Part shown: positions 25,719 to 39,323 of the stretch, piece after piece
Layout: each line of letters begins with the position of its first letter
Position numbering within the stretch: position 1 is the stretch's first letter
From: Octopus vulgaris
Taxonomy: Eukaryota
Length of the DNA: 64,000 nt
NCBI GenBank assembly: GCA_951406725.2
Contig: OX597816.1
Location: forward strand, 86,428,001-86,492,000
Reading direction: 5' to 3'
Program-made: the position numbers and the translations under genes
Notes under the pieces: model-generated
Told to the model about the DNA's origin: nothing
The model's database searches: none
The model's input: only the letters and a program-made list of their open reading frames with translations

Positions 25719-25930
25719 TGTGTGTGTTTGTGTGTCTGTGTGTGTCCCCCTAGCATTGCTTGACAACCGATGCTAGTGTATTTATGTCTCCGTTACTTAG
25801 TGGTTCGGCAAAAGAGACTGATAGAATAAGTACTGGGCTTATAAAAGAATAAGTCCCGGGGTCGAGTTGCTTGATTAAAGGCGGTACTCCAGCATGGCCG
25901 CAGTCAAATGACTGAAACAAGTAAAAAAAA
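25493..25930 (+). mobile_element. tRNA-derived SINE, family B
   Basis: aggcgcaggaatggctgtgtggtaag (A-box), gggttcagtccc (B-box), internal (TA)n, and the 3' end cagtcaaatgactgaaacaagtaaaa. Confidence 0.9.
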
Positions 25931-28559
25931 AGGCAGTGGAGACTACTCGATTTCCCCCACCATAAGGAAGTGGTGAATCGGTTCACAATAGACCCAGTTG
26001 AAATTCAGTTTCACGTTTAACATCTGTTTCACATGAACCCACAAATCAGTGGTATACACACACACAGAATAACACTTGCACTATTATTCTGTTGCTCTTC
26101 GTGCAGGGTCAGTTCAGTTGTATCCGGCTCTAATATTAATACAATTGACGAATTTCTTTACATTTGAACCGACAGTATAACGTCTCAAATATAGGTTTCA
26201 AAATAAAATACCAACAACAATGAAATATACAAGACTATATACTTACTGAAACGCAACGTGAACATTAATAATGTAAATCTAATAAACTATGCAGTATCCA
26301 TGGTAGTCATGAAGTAAGTTTAGCTCCATCTGTGTGCAAATATTTAAGAAAAATAGGTAAAATAGAGTGAACAAAAAGAGTAACCAAATAAAAAAACACG
26401 ATTAAAGCAAAGGTCGCTTATGAAATAAACAATCGGTGTGAGAAATAGGGAAGCAAATAAATGCGAAAGATAGATAAATAGAGAGGGAGAGAGAGAGTAA
26501 AAGTGTTCTGTTACGACAAAATTTTTCAAAACAAAGTTATTATTTGAATGACAAGAGCAGGGAAGAACATCGAGATTTTGGAGATAGACTTGACAAGCAC
26601 CTTGGAAGTATTAATACGGCAACCTTTTGCCTGAAATATATATGAAGTACATACGGAGAGCAGGTAAACATATTTAACAGAAACAATTTTAGAATGTAAA
26701 GCTAATGAATAACCAAACATCCCTAAAGTACAGGCATTTAGCCTTTGTGCCTTCATACATTACAGAGTTCAACTCTCCGAAGGATAGAAGATGTAGTGAA
26801 GACTACCATAAACTTGTAAATATCAATTACTGTTCTACAAAATGATAATATTTAATATTCCAGCTAGGTGTGAGCAAAAAGTGGTTTAAATTTTAGACGA
26901 TTTTTTTCTTTGCTATCTTCAAATCAGTGGATTCCGGCAACATTAGCTATTAGTTAGAACCAATGTCCAGATGGTACATCATTAAATATATTGTTTTGTA
27001 GACATGAAGAACAGGAGAGATTATCATATCAACAAAACCCACACCTACTTCAAGAGATTTATTACGCTCTTATTTTAGTGTTAATGACTTCAATAAACAG
27101 CCAGGACTATTACAAACGTGTATGGAGACCAGCAGCTATTCTTTATATATAGCTTCAATGAATAAAGATCTTTCAATGATTGGATCAAAGAAGTGAAGAA
27201 AAAGCTGCTTTAGGCATGGTCTTATGAGGCCCATCAAGCTGGGTAATGGGTTGCTACTGCAGATGAATAACAACTCGAAGGAAGCAAGTTTGCGTATATT
27301 GTACAAATTCATCAGTGTAATAGCATGAAATAATGTTTAAACAAAATGCTCCAAGGTAAGCTTGAATAGAGGAGAATAAATGGAGAAAACAACTAATCTC
27401 TTATTAGATAAAGAAACGTACATAAAAAGTTATTAGAGCATTCACAATCTAACGAATATTTATAAATTAATGACTGACCAGAATATAATGCATTCTAATG
27501 AAAGAGTTGCGCAGGGTTATTGTGTAGACATTTTATATTAATACTTTAAAAAGGGATTAATGCCAAATATAAGGTAATCGGTATGAATATTTTAGCAGTT
27601 TCAGTAACAACTTATAATTATGTTATTCTCAACAGAACGCTAAATATATTAGGAGACTAGACATAAAACAATGAATACATTTAGAAGGTAATATTCTAAA
27701 GCCTAGTCAGAGAGATTATAGTTACCTTGAATACAGAGAGTGCCTGCTGAAAATCAACTCATAGCCATAAAACATCTACTGCAGAATTGTCAAAAAATAA
27801 TATTGGAAATGCAACACAGAGAGATACAATAGGTTCATGAAAGAAAAAGTATTTTTTGATCAATAAATGCACCACACATGAAAGGGAGGGTGCGATAAAA
27901 GTCTTCTGCTAAAAATAAATGGCTAAACTGAAAATGGGACAATACACTCTCATACAGTTTAGCAAAGCTACTCTACGTGACGTATCCAGAACTATTCGAA
28001 GAATACCTGAAAAATTGATGAGATGCAGGGGATTAAAATTATGAGTGAAATAATTTTGCAGCAGTGGATCAAAAAATTTCAACAACACACCCTTAAATGA
28101 ATATAATTCATAAAGGTTTAAAAGGTAAATGCAGAATATTTGGATGTTGGGAACAGGTAAATTGAGGTGTATAGATTCATTGGCTTTTCCGAATTTCTGA
28201 TTCAATACGTCGGTGAAAATCCTGACAAATATCTCACCGTTTTTGATATTAGAAAGAACTGAACTAAAACGGATGATCTCAAGGCAGTCCGACATTGTAA
28301 TCATTCACAAATTTTCTGCCTTGGATTGTAAGTATTTTAACGCCTCCAAAAATATGAACTGCAAAAGGCTAATCTACAGGTTTGAATTAAATGTACTGTG
28401 AATAGAAATAAATAACCACAGGCGATCTACGTAACTCTCTAACGGATTTATCCATAGGTTAGCCGCCTAAAGATTTGAGTTCATAGACGTAGCATCATGT
28501 ATTCAAATTCTTGAAAGGGAACAGCGAGTTCCTTCACAAAGTGAGACACTTCATTTCCC

Positions 28560-28647
28560 GTTGCTACGCTCAAGGCGACATCAAATTGGAACGATACAGA
28601 GTTTTGCAGAAAGACGCTGCGTAAATTCGAGAAGCGTATCATAATTT
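28560..28647 (+). pseudogene. U6 snRNA pseudogene (internal deletion)
   Basis: Exact AAATTGGAACGATACAGAG (28583-28601), plus AAATTCGAGAAGCGTATCATAATTT (28623-28647) versus U6 AAATTCGTGAAGCGTTCCATATTTT. The 5' part is degenerate and the AAGATTAGCATGGCCCC segment is missing. Confidence 0.85.
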
Positions 28648-28650
28648 CAT

Positions 28651-29055
28651 AGGCGAAGACGTAACTCCGAGAGTAAGAACTTTGCTTCAAACCTTTATGA
28701 GGTCTTGGATTTAGATCTATTGTGTGGTAAATTGGACAAATGTCTACTAGTACTATAGCGACAGGTCCACCAGTGTCTTGCGAGTAAACTTGATAGAGGG
28801 AAACAGAAAGAACTCTGTCATGTCCACAGATATATATGGTGTCTTAAAGTGTGCGTATATATGTTTATATGGTTATCTTTGTGTTTGTCTCGTGTTTGTT
28901 TTCCACCATCACCACTTGGCAACCGGTGTTAGTTTGTTTACGTCCCTGAGAATTAGCAGTTCCGAAAAGAGAAAGAAACTATTATAATCCTGACTTGTTC
29001 GTCGAAATTTACGATGGCGGCAGTGCACTTATTGAAGAAAGTAAAAAAATACGAA
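28651..29055 (+). mobile_element. SINE family B, old degenerate copy
   Basis: aggcgaagacgtaactcc..gtaagaactttgcttc head, caaccggtgttagtttgtttacgtccc and ttagcagttccgaaaagaga align with 25493-25930. Confidence 0.7.
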
Positions 29056-29214
29056 TATGAATGATATATAAGCAGAATCTTTTGGTTAAATTTGACAGTT
29101 TGCCTAAAAGGGAACTAAAACACAATATCCCATCAAAAACGTAAGCAGTTTTTAAAACATCAAAATATATGTACTAGATTATAACAGTTGGGTCACATTA
29201 GATGATATGAGGGT

Positions 29215-29651
29215 CCTCTGCAGTTGCAAGACGACTAATGACCGTAGTGCAAGCGTTCTTCACTGTATCCCCAGGAAGATCCTCGAACACCTCCTTGATT
29301 TTGGCCACCAACGCGGCCTTGTTCTTGCAAGCAGAGCAGTTGGTGATTTTCTGAACCACAAGCCACATAAAGTAATCAGTACACTTAAAATCTGGGGAAT
29401 TAGGTGACCAGAAATTATGCTGCTGAAGTCGCATAAATTCTCCGACAACCACTTCCGACACTTTCCGGAGATATCGCAAGTAGTCGAGTTCAGTTGACAC
29501 ACTTATAGCCTTCCAAAGGCAATCTTTTCCAAACCGGGATTGGCCGGTTTTCATCAGCTTCATATAACCCGCAGAATGGAACCTAAGACTCTGTTCAACT
29601 ATATGGGAATGAATCCTGGTGAAAGGATACGATCGCCACGCCTGTGATGTC

Positions 29652-29652
<1 letters not shown>
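29215..29652 (-). pseudogene. IS630-Tc1-mariner (maT/DD37D-like) transposase C-terminal fragment
   Basis: NFWSPNSPDFKCTDYFMW (WPPNSPD.NP.DY..W motif), QKITNCSACKNKAALVAKIKEVF, and KWLSENLCDF in another frame. Confidence 0.8.
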
Positions 29653-29715
<63 letters not shown>

Positions 29716-29859
29716 AATATATATTCATAAAAATATTAATATATATACGTGTGTGCATGCTGAAATATACATGTATATGTAGAGCTTATATATAAATGCA
29801 TATGCGCATGTATGTACATGATGTACATGTATTTATAAATAAATACATGTATATATATA

Positions 29860-29950
<91 letters not shown>

Positions 29951-29954
<4 letters not shown>

Positions 29955-30129
29955 AGGATTCACAAAAAACAAAAGGCGAAGACAGTTGGTGTAGACAACA
30001 AACAGATGTATTAATATTACGCTAAGGAAGGTAAAATGTTTTTACGCTCTTCCACAGAAAGGAACACAGAAAGAAACAAGGAGAGAAAATAAAGAATGTG
30101 TAGTGGCTAGTGATCTATCATGGTGAATG
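29951..30129 (-). mobile_element. Probable PLE pseudo-LTR fragment next to (TA)n
   Basis: Purine-rich segment abutting a TA tract; resembles from memory an abundant octopus Penelope-associated repeat; not verified. Confidence 0.4.
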
Positions 30130-30882
30130 GATTTACATACACATTTATATGCGTTTGTGTGTGTGTGTATGTGAGTGTGTATGTGTACGTGTGTATGAAA
30201 ATAAGTAAAGAAAGCATTAAAAAAGCTTCTAACTTGTGAGTGCATCCTTAGAAATAGTCCTGTATGAACAAGACCTCCTGACCTTCACCATTTAAATATA
30301 AGAAAAACAACTGGGTAATGTGCCGACATCTGATACAGCAAAAAGAGTAAACTAATATATGCAGTACTCATGCACTTTGTGAAAGACTTTAGTGTTATAT
30401 ATTTAATGAAAACGCTTATATCGAAAATTGAAACCAGGATGACATTTCAGTACATGAATTATTTAATTTATTACTCATAAGTCGCTAAATTTGATTTCTA
30501 ATCATTTATTACAACTTTTTAATTTTCCCTAACGATTATATTTGAAACTGAGGCTTGAGTGAAAGTTATATGACGAATCAAACGAAAACAGAGAGAAAAA
30601 CAAAAAAGACAAGCAGAAACAAATGAATGCTCCCGACCAAGCTTACAAAGTCTTTATTCAGTGAGGCAAACAACAGACTTATTAGACGAGAAACATTTAT
30701 ATTTGTCGATAGGTTAATTTTAAGCATAGATCGTATAAGGTCAAATCACAAATTAACGCCTCACCGAATTCTGCGCAGTTATTTGATGGACAGAAATTTC
30801 CATGAGGTATAGGGTTGTGTGGGAGAGATTCTTTTACACAGATTTGCTCTCCCCCTCCACACAGAATAAGACTGCGTATGTA

Positions 30883-30984
30883 GGCGCTGCTGTGATCTTG
30901 TGCACGTGTGCTGTTATATGTGTGTGTGTGTGAGTGTGTGTGTATACACGTAGCAGCATGCGTACACAAGATCACAGCAGCGCC
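30883..30984. repeat. ~100-nt hairpin (20-bp perfect stem, further wobble pairs, TG-repeat loop)
   Basis: ggcgctgctgtgatcttgtg (30883-30902) is the exact reverse complement of cacaagatcacagcagcgcc (30965-30984). Confidence 0.88.
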
Positions 30985-30995
30985 CAAAATATATG

Positions 30996-31028
<33 letters not shown>

Positions 31029-31800
31029 GTGTACACACAGTCACACCCACATATGTATATGTATATAACCTACATATACATACATATACATTTATGTATA
31101 AAATTTGTATATATGTATTCTATATATTTTGCATATATTCAGACATATATGTGCGTATATATGTATATATATATACATATATATATATATATACCTATAT
31201 ATATATGTGTGTGTGTAAGTGTGTGTGTATGTGTAAAATGTATATGCATAATATATATATATATATACAAATATATACGCATGTGTGTATATACGTTTTT
31301 GTATATACACACACGATTACACGCTGGAATATCAGTGTGCGTATGTTTGTGTATGTGTGTGTGCGTGCGTGTGTGTGTGTGTGTGTGTGTGTGAGTATGT
31401 CTATATATTTCTATATACGTGGCACGAGGTCAGTCTTGAAAATTAGAAGCGAGTCGCTCACTCTATTTTTTCCCTTCCTCACTACCTGTCTGTTATTAAA
31501 ATCTCTAAGTTCTCTTATTCCCCATCAATGGTACTTGTAGAGTACAATAGACAGCGCAGACAAATGCATTTGAAGGCGTGCACTCGTATTAATTAAAAAT
31601 TTCGAATGAAAACCGAAGGTCAGATTACAGCTGAGTTTGATCACTCATACAATGTATTGACTCCACTAATTTACGCTCCGTTTGTCAAATCTATATAATT
31701 GTGATTAATAACTACATCGCGATGTCGAATATTTATAAGGTTTCGTTTTATAACCATTACTTCAAATTTGTGATATTGTCATTGTTATTGAGGCATTACT

Positions 31801-31834
31801 CATCATCATTATCATCATCATCATCATCATTATA

Positions 31835-31887
<53 letters not shown>

Positions 31888-31916
31888 TTATTATTATCAT
31901 CATCATCATCATCATC

Positions 31917-31966
<50 letters not shown>

Positions 31967-31974
31967 TATTATTA
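31801..31974. repeat. Compound (CAT)n/(TAT)n microsatellite
   Basis: Directly visible. Confidence 0.95.
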
Positions 31975-33934
31975 AATTCCTAAAGAATCACGACAGAGTA
32001 TGTTGTACTGGGGGTTGTAAACTGTCCTTGTAATACTCCTCAGTTGTTACATCTGTAACAAATAAAAGGAATCAAAGTCATCATCATCATCATCAGTAAC
32101 ATAATGATGAGGTTGATATATTTTGATTACACTGGAAGCCAGTAATCATACTCGCGAGAAGCAGCTGTTAATATAGTTTCTTTTGTGTACATTATCAGTA
32201 ATTTGGAAAATGATAGTATCCATGATAACGAAGACAATGACAACGTCAATCTTGTTCTTAGTAATGTAGGTAGCTTTAACTGTTGCTGAAATTTGTTGCT
32301 GATGCCTTCGAAATTTTTCAAAATCTTACATGTAAATTCTGTAAATTATTCAGTAATACTATGGTTACGTTAGTCTATCTGGCACGTACTTCTGTTAAAT
32401 ATTGCGTTATGATGATTACGTTTTCGAATCTTCTTTTATTTTTCTCTTTCTTTTTTTAACTTACATCTTTTTAAATATTTACATCGTAATTTTAACTGAA
32501 TCTTTGTTACTTCTGTAATGGAAATTTTAGTAGACAATTGTTATTACTAAATGTAAAGAAATAAAACCTTGAGTTCTGTCTGCTACCATAATCTTTGTTA
32601 AGCCATTTTATAAACTACGTGTAGTCCTGCATCAACATTTGTGCAATTATTGGTCAAGCGAAATACAGAAAAACTGAATGTACCTTGTATCATATATAAG
32701 ATGTCTATCTTCGATTTTTCTCAAAATCCCTAAAAATTTTAATACTTATGTAACTGAGATAACATGAATTCTTAAATTATGTACGTTGTCGGAGAGCATT
32801 TTTTTATCATTGTTGCTTTCATTCTGCAGATTTTTACACTCACTTTATTCATGTGTATTATACTATGCCCTTGTCGGATTTGAATAGAAGGTACCATCCA
32901 TCATTTCCTAGATATCTATATACTTAGTTATATCTGATAAGATGTTTCTAGCATGCACAAAGAAATTTGTTCGGCAAAAACTAAAGAATAGATAGTTGGG
33001 CCACTTTCGAATATAGTTTTAAATTTTGCCTTCTAATTCTGAGCTTCAATGGTCGGAAGAAGCTCTTGGAGCATGGACGGGCATGAGAAGATTCAAATCG
33101 TTGGAAATAACTACATCATCTTACTGTAATAGTTGTAGAGAACCATATCTGTAAAATATATCTGAAACGTAGGGGCTCATTAATTTAATAAAAATTTATA
33201 TTTGTCATATTATGAATAGGATTATACAATTTTCTAGGCAGATAATTGAAGGGGATTTTATATATCTGGACTATATATCTGAAAATGCAACAGCGTTTAA
33301 TCAGGGTCAGAGAATTTTTAATCAAAAGTTTCATTAAATCTTTTAAAAATACATACCTATCACAGATTGCTACCTGTTATCCTAGTCATCAGGATATCAT
33401 TTTGCTCAGGTGGGCGGTGCAAGTTGTCTACTACGCAGTTACAACCAGAGCTCATTCAGAGCAGAACAGCTCAGATCTATGTACAGATACGAAGCTATCA
33501 TTCGAAAAGGTCTCGAAACCCTGACTAGTTTTCTTTTGTAATCCGCTCTGGTTTTACTAAACAATATACATAGAGAATTTTCCAGCATGTTCCAGTCACA
33601 ATAATCAATTCCATTTTGTTCGATTACACATATAGTTTTTATTTTCTTGCTTCCGTTCCTTTCTATTACTTTTTCTGAAGTGGAAACTATACAGCATTTC
33701 TTTTGTTGCGTGGAAAATACCAATATTTCTTAAAGGAAATATTCCATCATATATAAATAGATACACAGAGACACACAGAAACACACAAATGAACAAATAC
33801 ATAATATTGCATGGAATATGTATGCACATAGGTACATACGTACATACAACACATACACACACACACCCACATAGTCCCTCCACATGCACACACAAACACA
33901 CGCCCGCACACACACATACGCACACACACACACG

Positions 33935-33966
<32 letters not shown>

Positions 33967-34084
33967 AGGAGTAAAGGAGGGAGAGAGCGGGATAAGTGCA
34001 CAGAGGCGGATGAACAGATAGATAGTGAAATAGATACATAGATGAATTTGCCAATCTCCAGATCTTCCAACAGAGCAAACCATC

Positions 34085-34197
<113 letters not shown>

Positions 34198-36024
34198 ACA
34201 CAACTAGATATATTGGTATTGAATAGATTTTTTTGTAAGAGGATTAAAAAAAACAATCGATAATATGCACATATCGATTTGTTTTATAAGTGAATGAACA
34301 TTTGTTTCTACATCGCAGATTCCTTTTGACGTCTCTTCGATGATGAATTTACTAGGGTGTATATTTTCATCATGGGATATGGCATACGTATAGGTGTACA
34401 GCTGTAATTCTTTTGAAAAATATCGTAATAGATAAAATGGCAGAGAACAATAAAAATAGGTGGGGAAGGGTGATGTAGAGAAAAGTGAGAGGTGTCAGAG
34501 AGTGTAGAAGGAAACAAATATCCCAGATATATCCAAATTGAATGTTGCATTCTTCCATCCATTCATTCCCTGATCGATCACTTATACATTTGATCTACTT
34601 TAATGTTTCTTTGCTTTTATTTTGCAAGATTTCTCTCCATATTTGCATGTGGGTGCGCGCGCAAGTGCAGTGCCAAACGAAAGATTATTCTGTTATTTAC
34701 TCATCTACACTTGACATATACATATATATATGTTTTATCTTCGAATATTTTTACTGATCATTTCTTGTCATTCGCTATGTTATAACGCTAATCGATAATT
34801 TATATGCACTGATTTAAATCTCAGCATTTTATCAACTGTTTATTGAACCCAAAGTCTTTGTTTCCTACCTACAAATCTATAAATACATATGATATAAATG
34901 ATCCAGAATCGAAATGAGCAATAAATTGCAATAAATTACTGTACTACAGTTGATAGCTTCTCAAACTGTCACAGCAACCAATAAATTTTAGCAGACCTGA
35001 GAGTGGAGTTAATTGGCTCAATTATAATCCTTGATATTAAGTTTGCGACTTGAAATTTTGAGGAACAATATATGCATATTTACATTCAGCTGATAACGGA
35101 AAGTAACTTAACTAAGTACTGCTAGTTATGTTTTTCTATGACCGTGTAGATTTTGTAATAGCTGTATTATGAAATACCGATAGACATCAAATAGATTATA
35201 CAAATAGTGAGAAACAAAGAGGCTACAAACCAGCATATGGTAAGCTATATAGGAAATTCAACAAAGGCAACTGGACCGGGTTTTGTTATCAAAGCCCATC
35301 AGAAACAAAATCTGACATCCTATTAAAAATCTGTCCCTTTACCTTTGAAAGTAATGGAAATTTATCCTAATATATACTCCTGTAATGTTGAAAAGCAGAA
35401 ATGATAATAATTGCTTCGTTAGTGACTGCAGCAAACATATTAAAAGAGGTGCACTCTCTTCTGCAGTATTTACAAACACTGAACAGGATATTGACCAATA
35501 CTAACTTACAAGATTAATACAAATGTGACGAGGAGCATGATAAAATGCCTAACGATGTATATGAAGATGGTGATACTTACAATAATGATGATGATGATAA
35601 TAATGGAGGTATTGATGAAAATGATAATAAAAGTGACAATAGAGAAGTGAGTGAAAATCATGGCAATAATGATGATGTGAAGATCAAAATAACCATCCAG
35701 GTATCATAAACAAAGACAAAAATGATACCTATAATATTCGAATAAATTGGCATACACATAATTACTGCGACTTACGATTTTAAGAAACAATGTAAATTAC
35801 CTTTATTTGAAATACTAGACATCTCGATTACATTTGAAGAAATTCTTTCTTTTAATTCTTTTTTTATTCAGGAGAAAATGCATTACCCATGACCTGTTAC
35901 ATGGCTTCTGAGATTGATGGGAGAAAAGTATACTCAAGCAGAAAGACTAGCCTTCTTGCTTACAACAGACTGGAATCCGTTTAGGGCAACAAAGCTGACA
36001 AGCAGTGTTATTATAGGAGACCAC

Positions 36025-36232
36025 GGTTTAACTCGACTGGTACAGTAGACCTTTGTGGAATCTCAACTGAAAGAATACGGACCTGCAACCAACATATTAT
36101 GTCACCTAACCCGAAATGATGAAATTCAAGGTTGAGCTTGGTGGAAACTAAAATCAGAGTGCAGCGAGTTAAAAGAAATGCCAAAAAGTAATCTGCCTAA
36201 CATTATAACGATTTCGTCAATTCACTGTCTTC
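36025..36232 (-). mobile_element. SINE family C, old copy interrupted by a ~50-bp insertion
   Basis: ctcgactggtac ... cccgaaatgatgaaattcaaggttgagcttggtggaaactaaaatcagag ... aagaaatgcc ... ataacgatttcgtcaattcactgtct match family C. Confidence 0.5.
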
Positions 36233-37399
36233 TAATAAAGGCGTTGAAAAGTTATTAACGTACAAATATGTAGATTGTTTTGGAGATTAAAAAACAAAAC
36301 TGAATAATATATATATACTTATATAACCAATTTGAACTACTATTATCAATGTATATATTTATAAACAAAATAATAGTCTCAAAACAATGATAAACACATT
36401 TCTAAGTGAAATATGTAAATTCCTAAGTGAGGAAATATCTTTAGGATTAATAAGTTTACTCCTTAATCACCAAGTACCGGTATTCATCAAACAATACCAA
36501 TTTTTTATACTGTATTCGACCCACTCATTCAGAGCTTTCGGTTGTTTGGTCACAAACCAAGAACATTCGAGCACATTTGTGATCAAAGTCTACCTTGTCT
36601 TTTTCTACTTGGAGGGAAAAAATAAGTGGTAAGGTATGATTTGAGAAAAATTTTGTTTGGATTTTCTAGAAAATCAGTCCACAACGTGGAAACTCCTATG
36701 CGTATTTTTTGTGGTTCCTCATTACCTTGCCAACCCTGAACAAGCACACAAATGCTGAAATACATATTTCAGCCGTACTCATCTGATATTTCCTCAAAGT
36801 TCATGGAATAGAACTTCATAGGAGTTTGGATTTTAGAGACTACGGATTTGTGTGACATTTCTAACAGAACCCTGATTAGGATGAGGAATTTTTTAGTCAA
36901 CGCTTATGCAAAAGCTGTATATGACAACGGTCAGAATTCACCGTGACGTAGAAATTATTTGATATAGTTCCAATAATTAAAAAATATATTTTTCAAAAAG
37001 TTATTGACTATTGAAAAAAATGTTCATTTATTAGGATGTCACTAACCTTCGTGGAAAAAGTTTGTATATAATGTGTATTTTAGGCCTATTGTGTATTTTG
37101 TGTATAATTGCTTTTGTGTTTGAACTTCCAAACACACGCAGTCAGGGCTAATGCATAAAAAGGAAGGCATGTTGTTGTTTTCTGTATGTTTTTGTTTTTC
37201 TTTTTGTAAAGGTGTTAATTATTTCCTGTTTAGTTTCAGATTTAGAAATTTAGAAAGAATTCTCCTTTTGCTTTTTGCAGTTAATCATTTTCATCGAATA
37301 TTTTGTAAAAGGAGAATATTTTAAATAGTCGACTATTTTAAATATTGACTATTTCTGGTTCAGTTTTTGATTTAAAATTCTTATTAAGTATTCTTCATT

Positions 37400-38830
37400 T
37401 ACATTTCATAGTTAATCATTTTCATCTTTTATTTTGCAAAAGGAGAATATTTTACATATTCCACTTGCACGTATGGAACATTTCTAAGAGATGAATTTTT
37501 AATGCATTCTTTATGTATGTTTACACGACTAATTAATTTTATTCTTGTTCCTCCAATTTAATTGTCCTTGCATTGTTGGCATGCGATGCGCTAGATGAAA
37601 TCTTTTGTTTAGCAAGTCATGCTATCGCACACTTTCAATTCCTTTCCATTCTTGAATCTTTTGGTTGTTCATTGCTCAATTATTTTACATGTCCATCCGT
37701 GAGGGTCTCAGTTTGTTACTTGTATTATTTCTTTCTCCGATGGGAAGCTATTTGGTGGTTGCCTTCGGTGGTTGATGGTTTGTGATATTTTCATTATTTG
37801 TCAGAAATTTGATACTTAATGTAGAAGGAGGAGATATGGTTTGGCTGTTGTGGTTCCAATGTCCTAAGAATACGAGCAACAACAAATTAAACATGTCTAT
37901 ACGTGTATCTATGTTTCCACTCTAAGCATGAGCGTTTCTCCGTAAGGTGTAGACCGGAATTTCTTTTGTTTTGGTTATGGCATGATTTATTAACTTTTTG
38001 TGTGTACTTCTATTTTTAGAGGAAAATGTTTAGTTCTATCACTCGTTTCTCTCGTCTATTGATATTTTCAAATATTGAGATTACACAACTTGCTATGTTG
38101 AATGGTATATTTCTCTTTGTATGGCAAGAGTGGAAAGATCTAAAATCTAACTATAGGTGTGCACTTGTGTCTTTGTAGTAGATCAGTTGCAACAGTCTCA
38201 TTTCTTTTAATTATTAGAATGTCTGGTACAGGTGTTCCTTTCATCTATTTCCACAGTGATTTGGATCGATTCATGAATGCTGTTTGTTAATTTAAAGAAT
38301 CTTTTAAGGTCCTCCTTAGTTTTGTTCCAAATTATAAAGCTGTCATCAGAGAATCTTTTCCAGTTCCCTATTGAATAGGTTTGGTCATGATATAGATTTT
38401 GTCTTCTAGATATCTCTTTACTAGTATCACAAACGTTGGTGCAACTTTCGTCATTCTTGTGCCTTGTATCTGGACTCAAAATTGTTTGCCAAAATGGGAG
38501 TAATTTATTTATAGTACTAACCCTAATCTTTCAGGTGTAAACTCTATTCAGAGTATCTCCTGAATTCTTTTTGAGCATTTGTCTATCCAGAATTCTAGTG
38601 TTTCTAAGCCAAACTAATGGAAATTTCTGTGTATAGAAAGGTTACGTCAAAGCTAAATGGGATTATCACTTTATCTATTGTTTTTGAATTATATTTTGGG
38701 AAGTTTTTGTCTTCTCTGATAATACTAAGCACATATTTGCAAAAATGTTTCAAAATTATGTCAATTAAGTTGTTTAATCTTTGGATCCTGGATGCTGGTT
38801 CTGCAACAAGAGTACGTAATATTGACATAT
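37400..38830 (-). pseudogene. Penelope-like element RT plus GIY-YIG endonuclease, decayed
   Basis: Minus strand: LRTLVAEP..IQRLNNLIDIILK..FSFDVTFLYTEI, WKRFSDDSFIIW..DLKRFFKLTNSIHESIQITVE, YYKDTSAH..HTKRNIPFNIA, and near 37500-37630 MTC*TKDFI*RIACQQCKDN*IGGT..LISRVNIHKECI (GIY-YIG with Cys motif). Confidence 0.88.
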
Positions 38831-39164
38831 TCATGCACGTATATTTGTGTATACATACGTATATCACTACACATATAGAATCACTAAAATGCTTGTTTGC
38901 AGATGAAGCATTCGGAGATTTTATATGATTTAGAACAAATAGTTCCTCATACGACCAGATTGAAAGTATGGAGTCTTAGATGTACTAACGAAATGAACGG
39001 AATTCTCCTAGCAAAGAGAAATACTGCATTCTTCAGCCATCAGCAAATTCTGCTTATGCGCAGTAAAAATGAAAGCATGTATTCTCACAGTACATTTTTC
39101 GCTTATTCGTTTTCTGACATGTTCTAGATATAAAATATGATGAAAATATTAAAAAGTGATAATG

Positions 39165-39323
<159 letters not shown>

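Noticed and set aside
33040-33130. WSMDGHEK resembling an integrase WH.DG..K motif
   Set aside because: Too short and closed by a stop; no further catalytic motifs.
35845-35983. Strong-looking splice acceptor followed by ENALPMTCYMASEIDGRKVYSSRKTSLLAYNRLESV*
   Set aside because: No recognisable protein; the nearest upstream donor (35700) is in a decayed GAT repeat and in the wrong phase. Needs RNA-seq.
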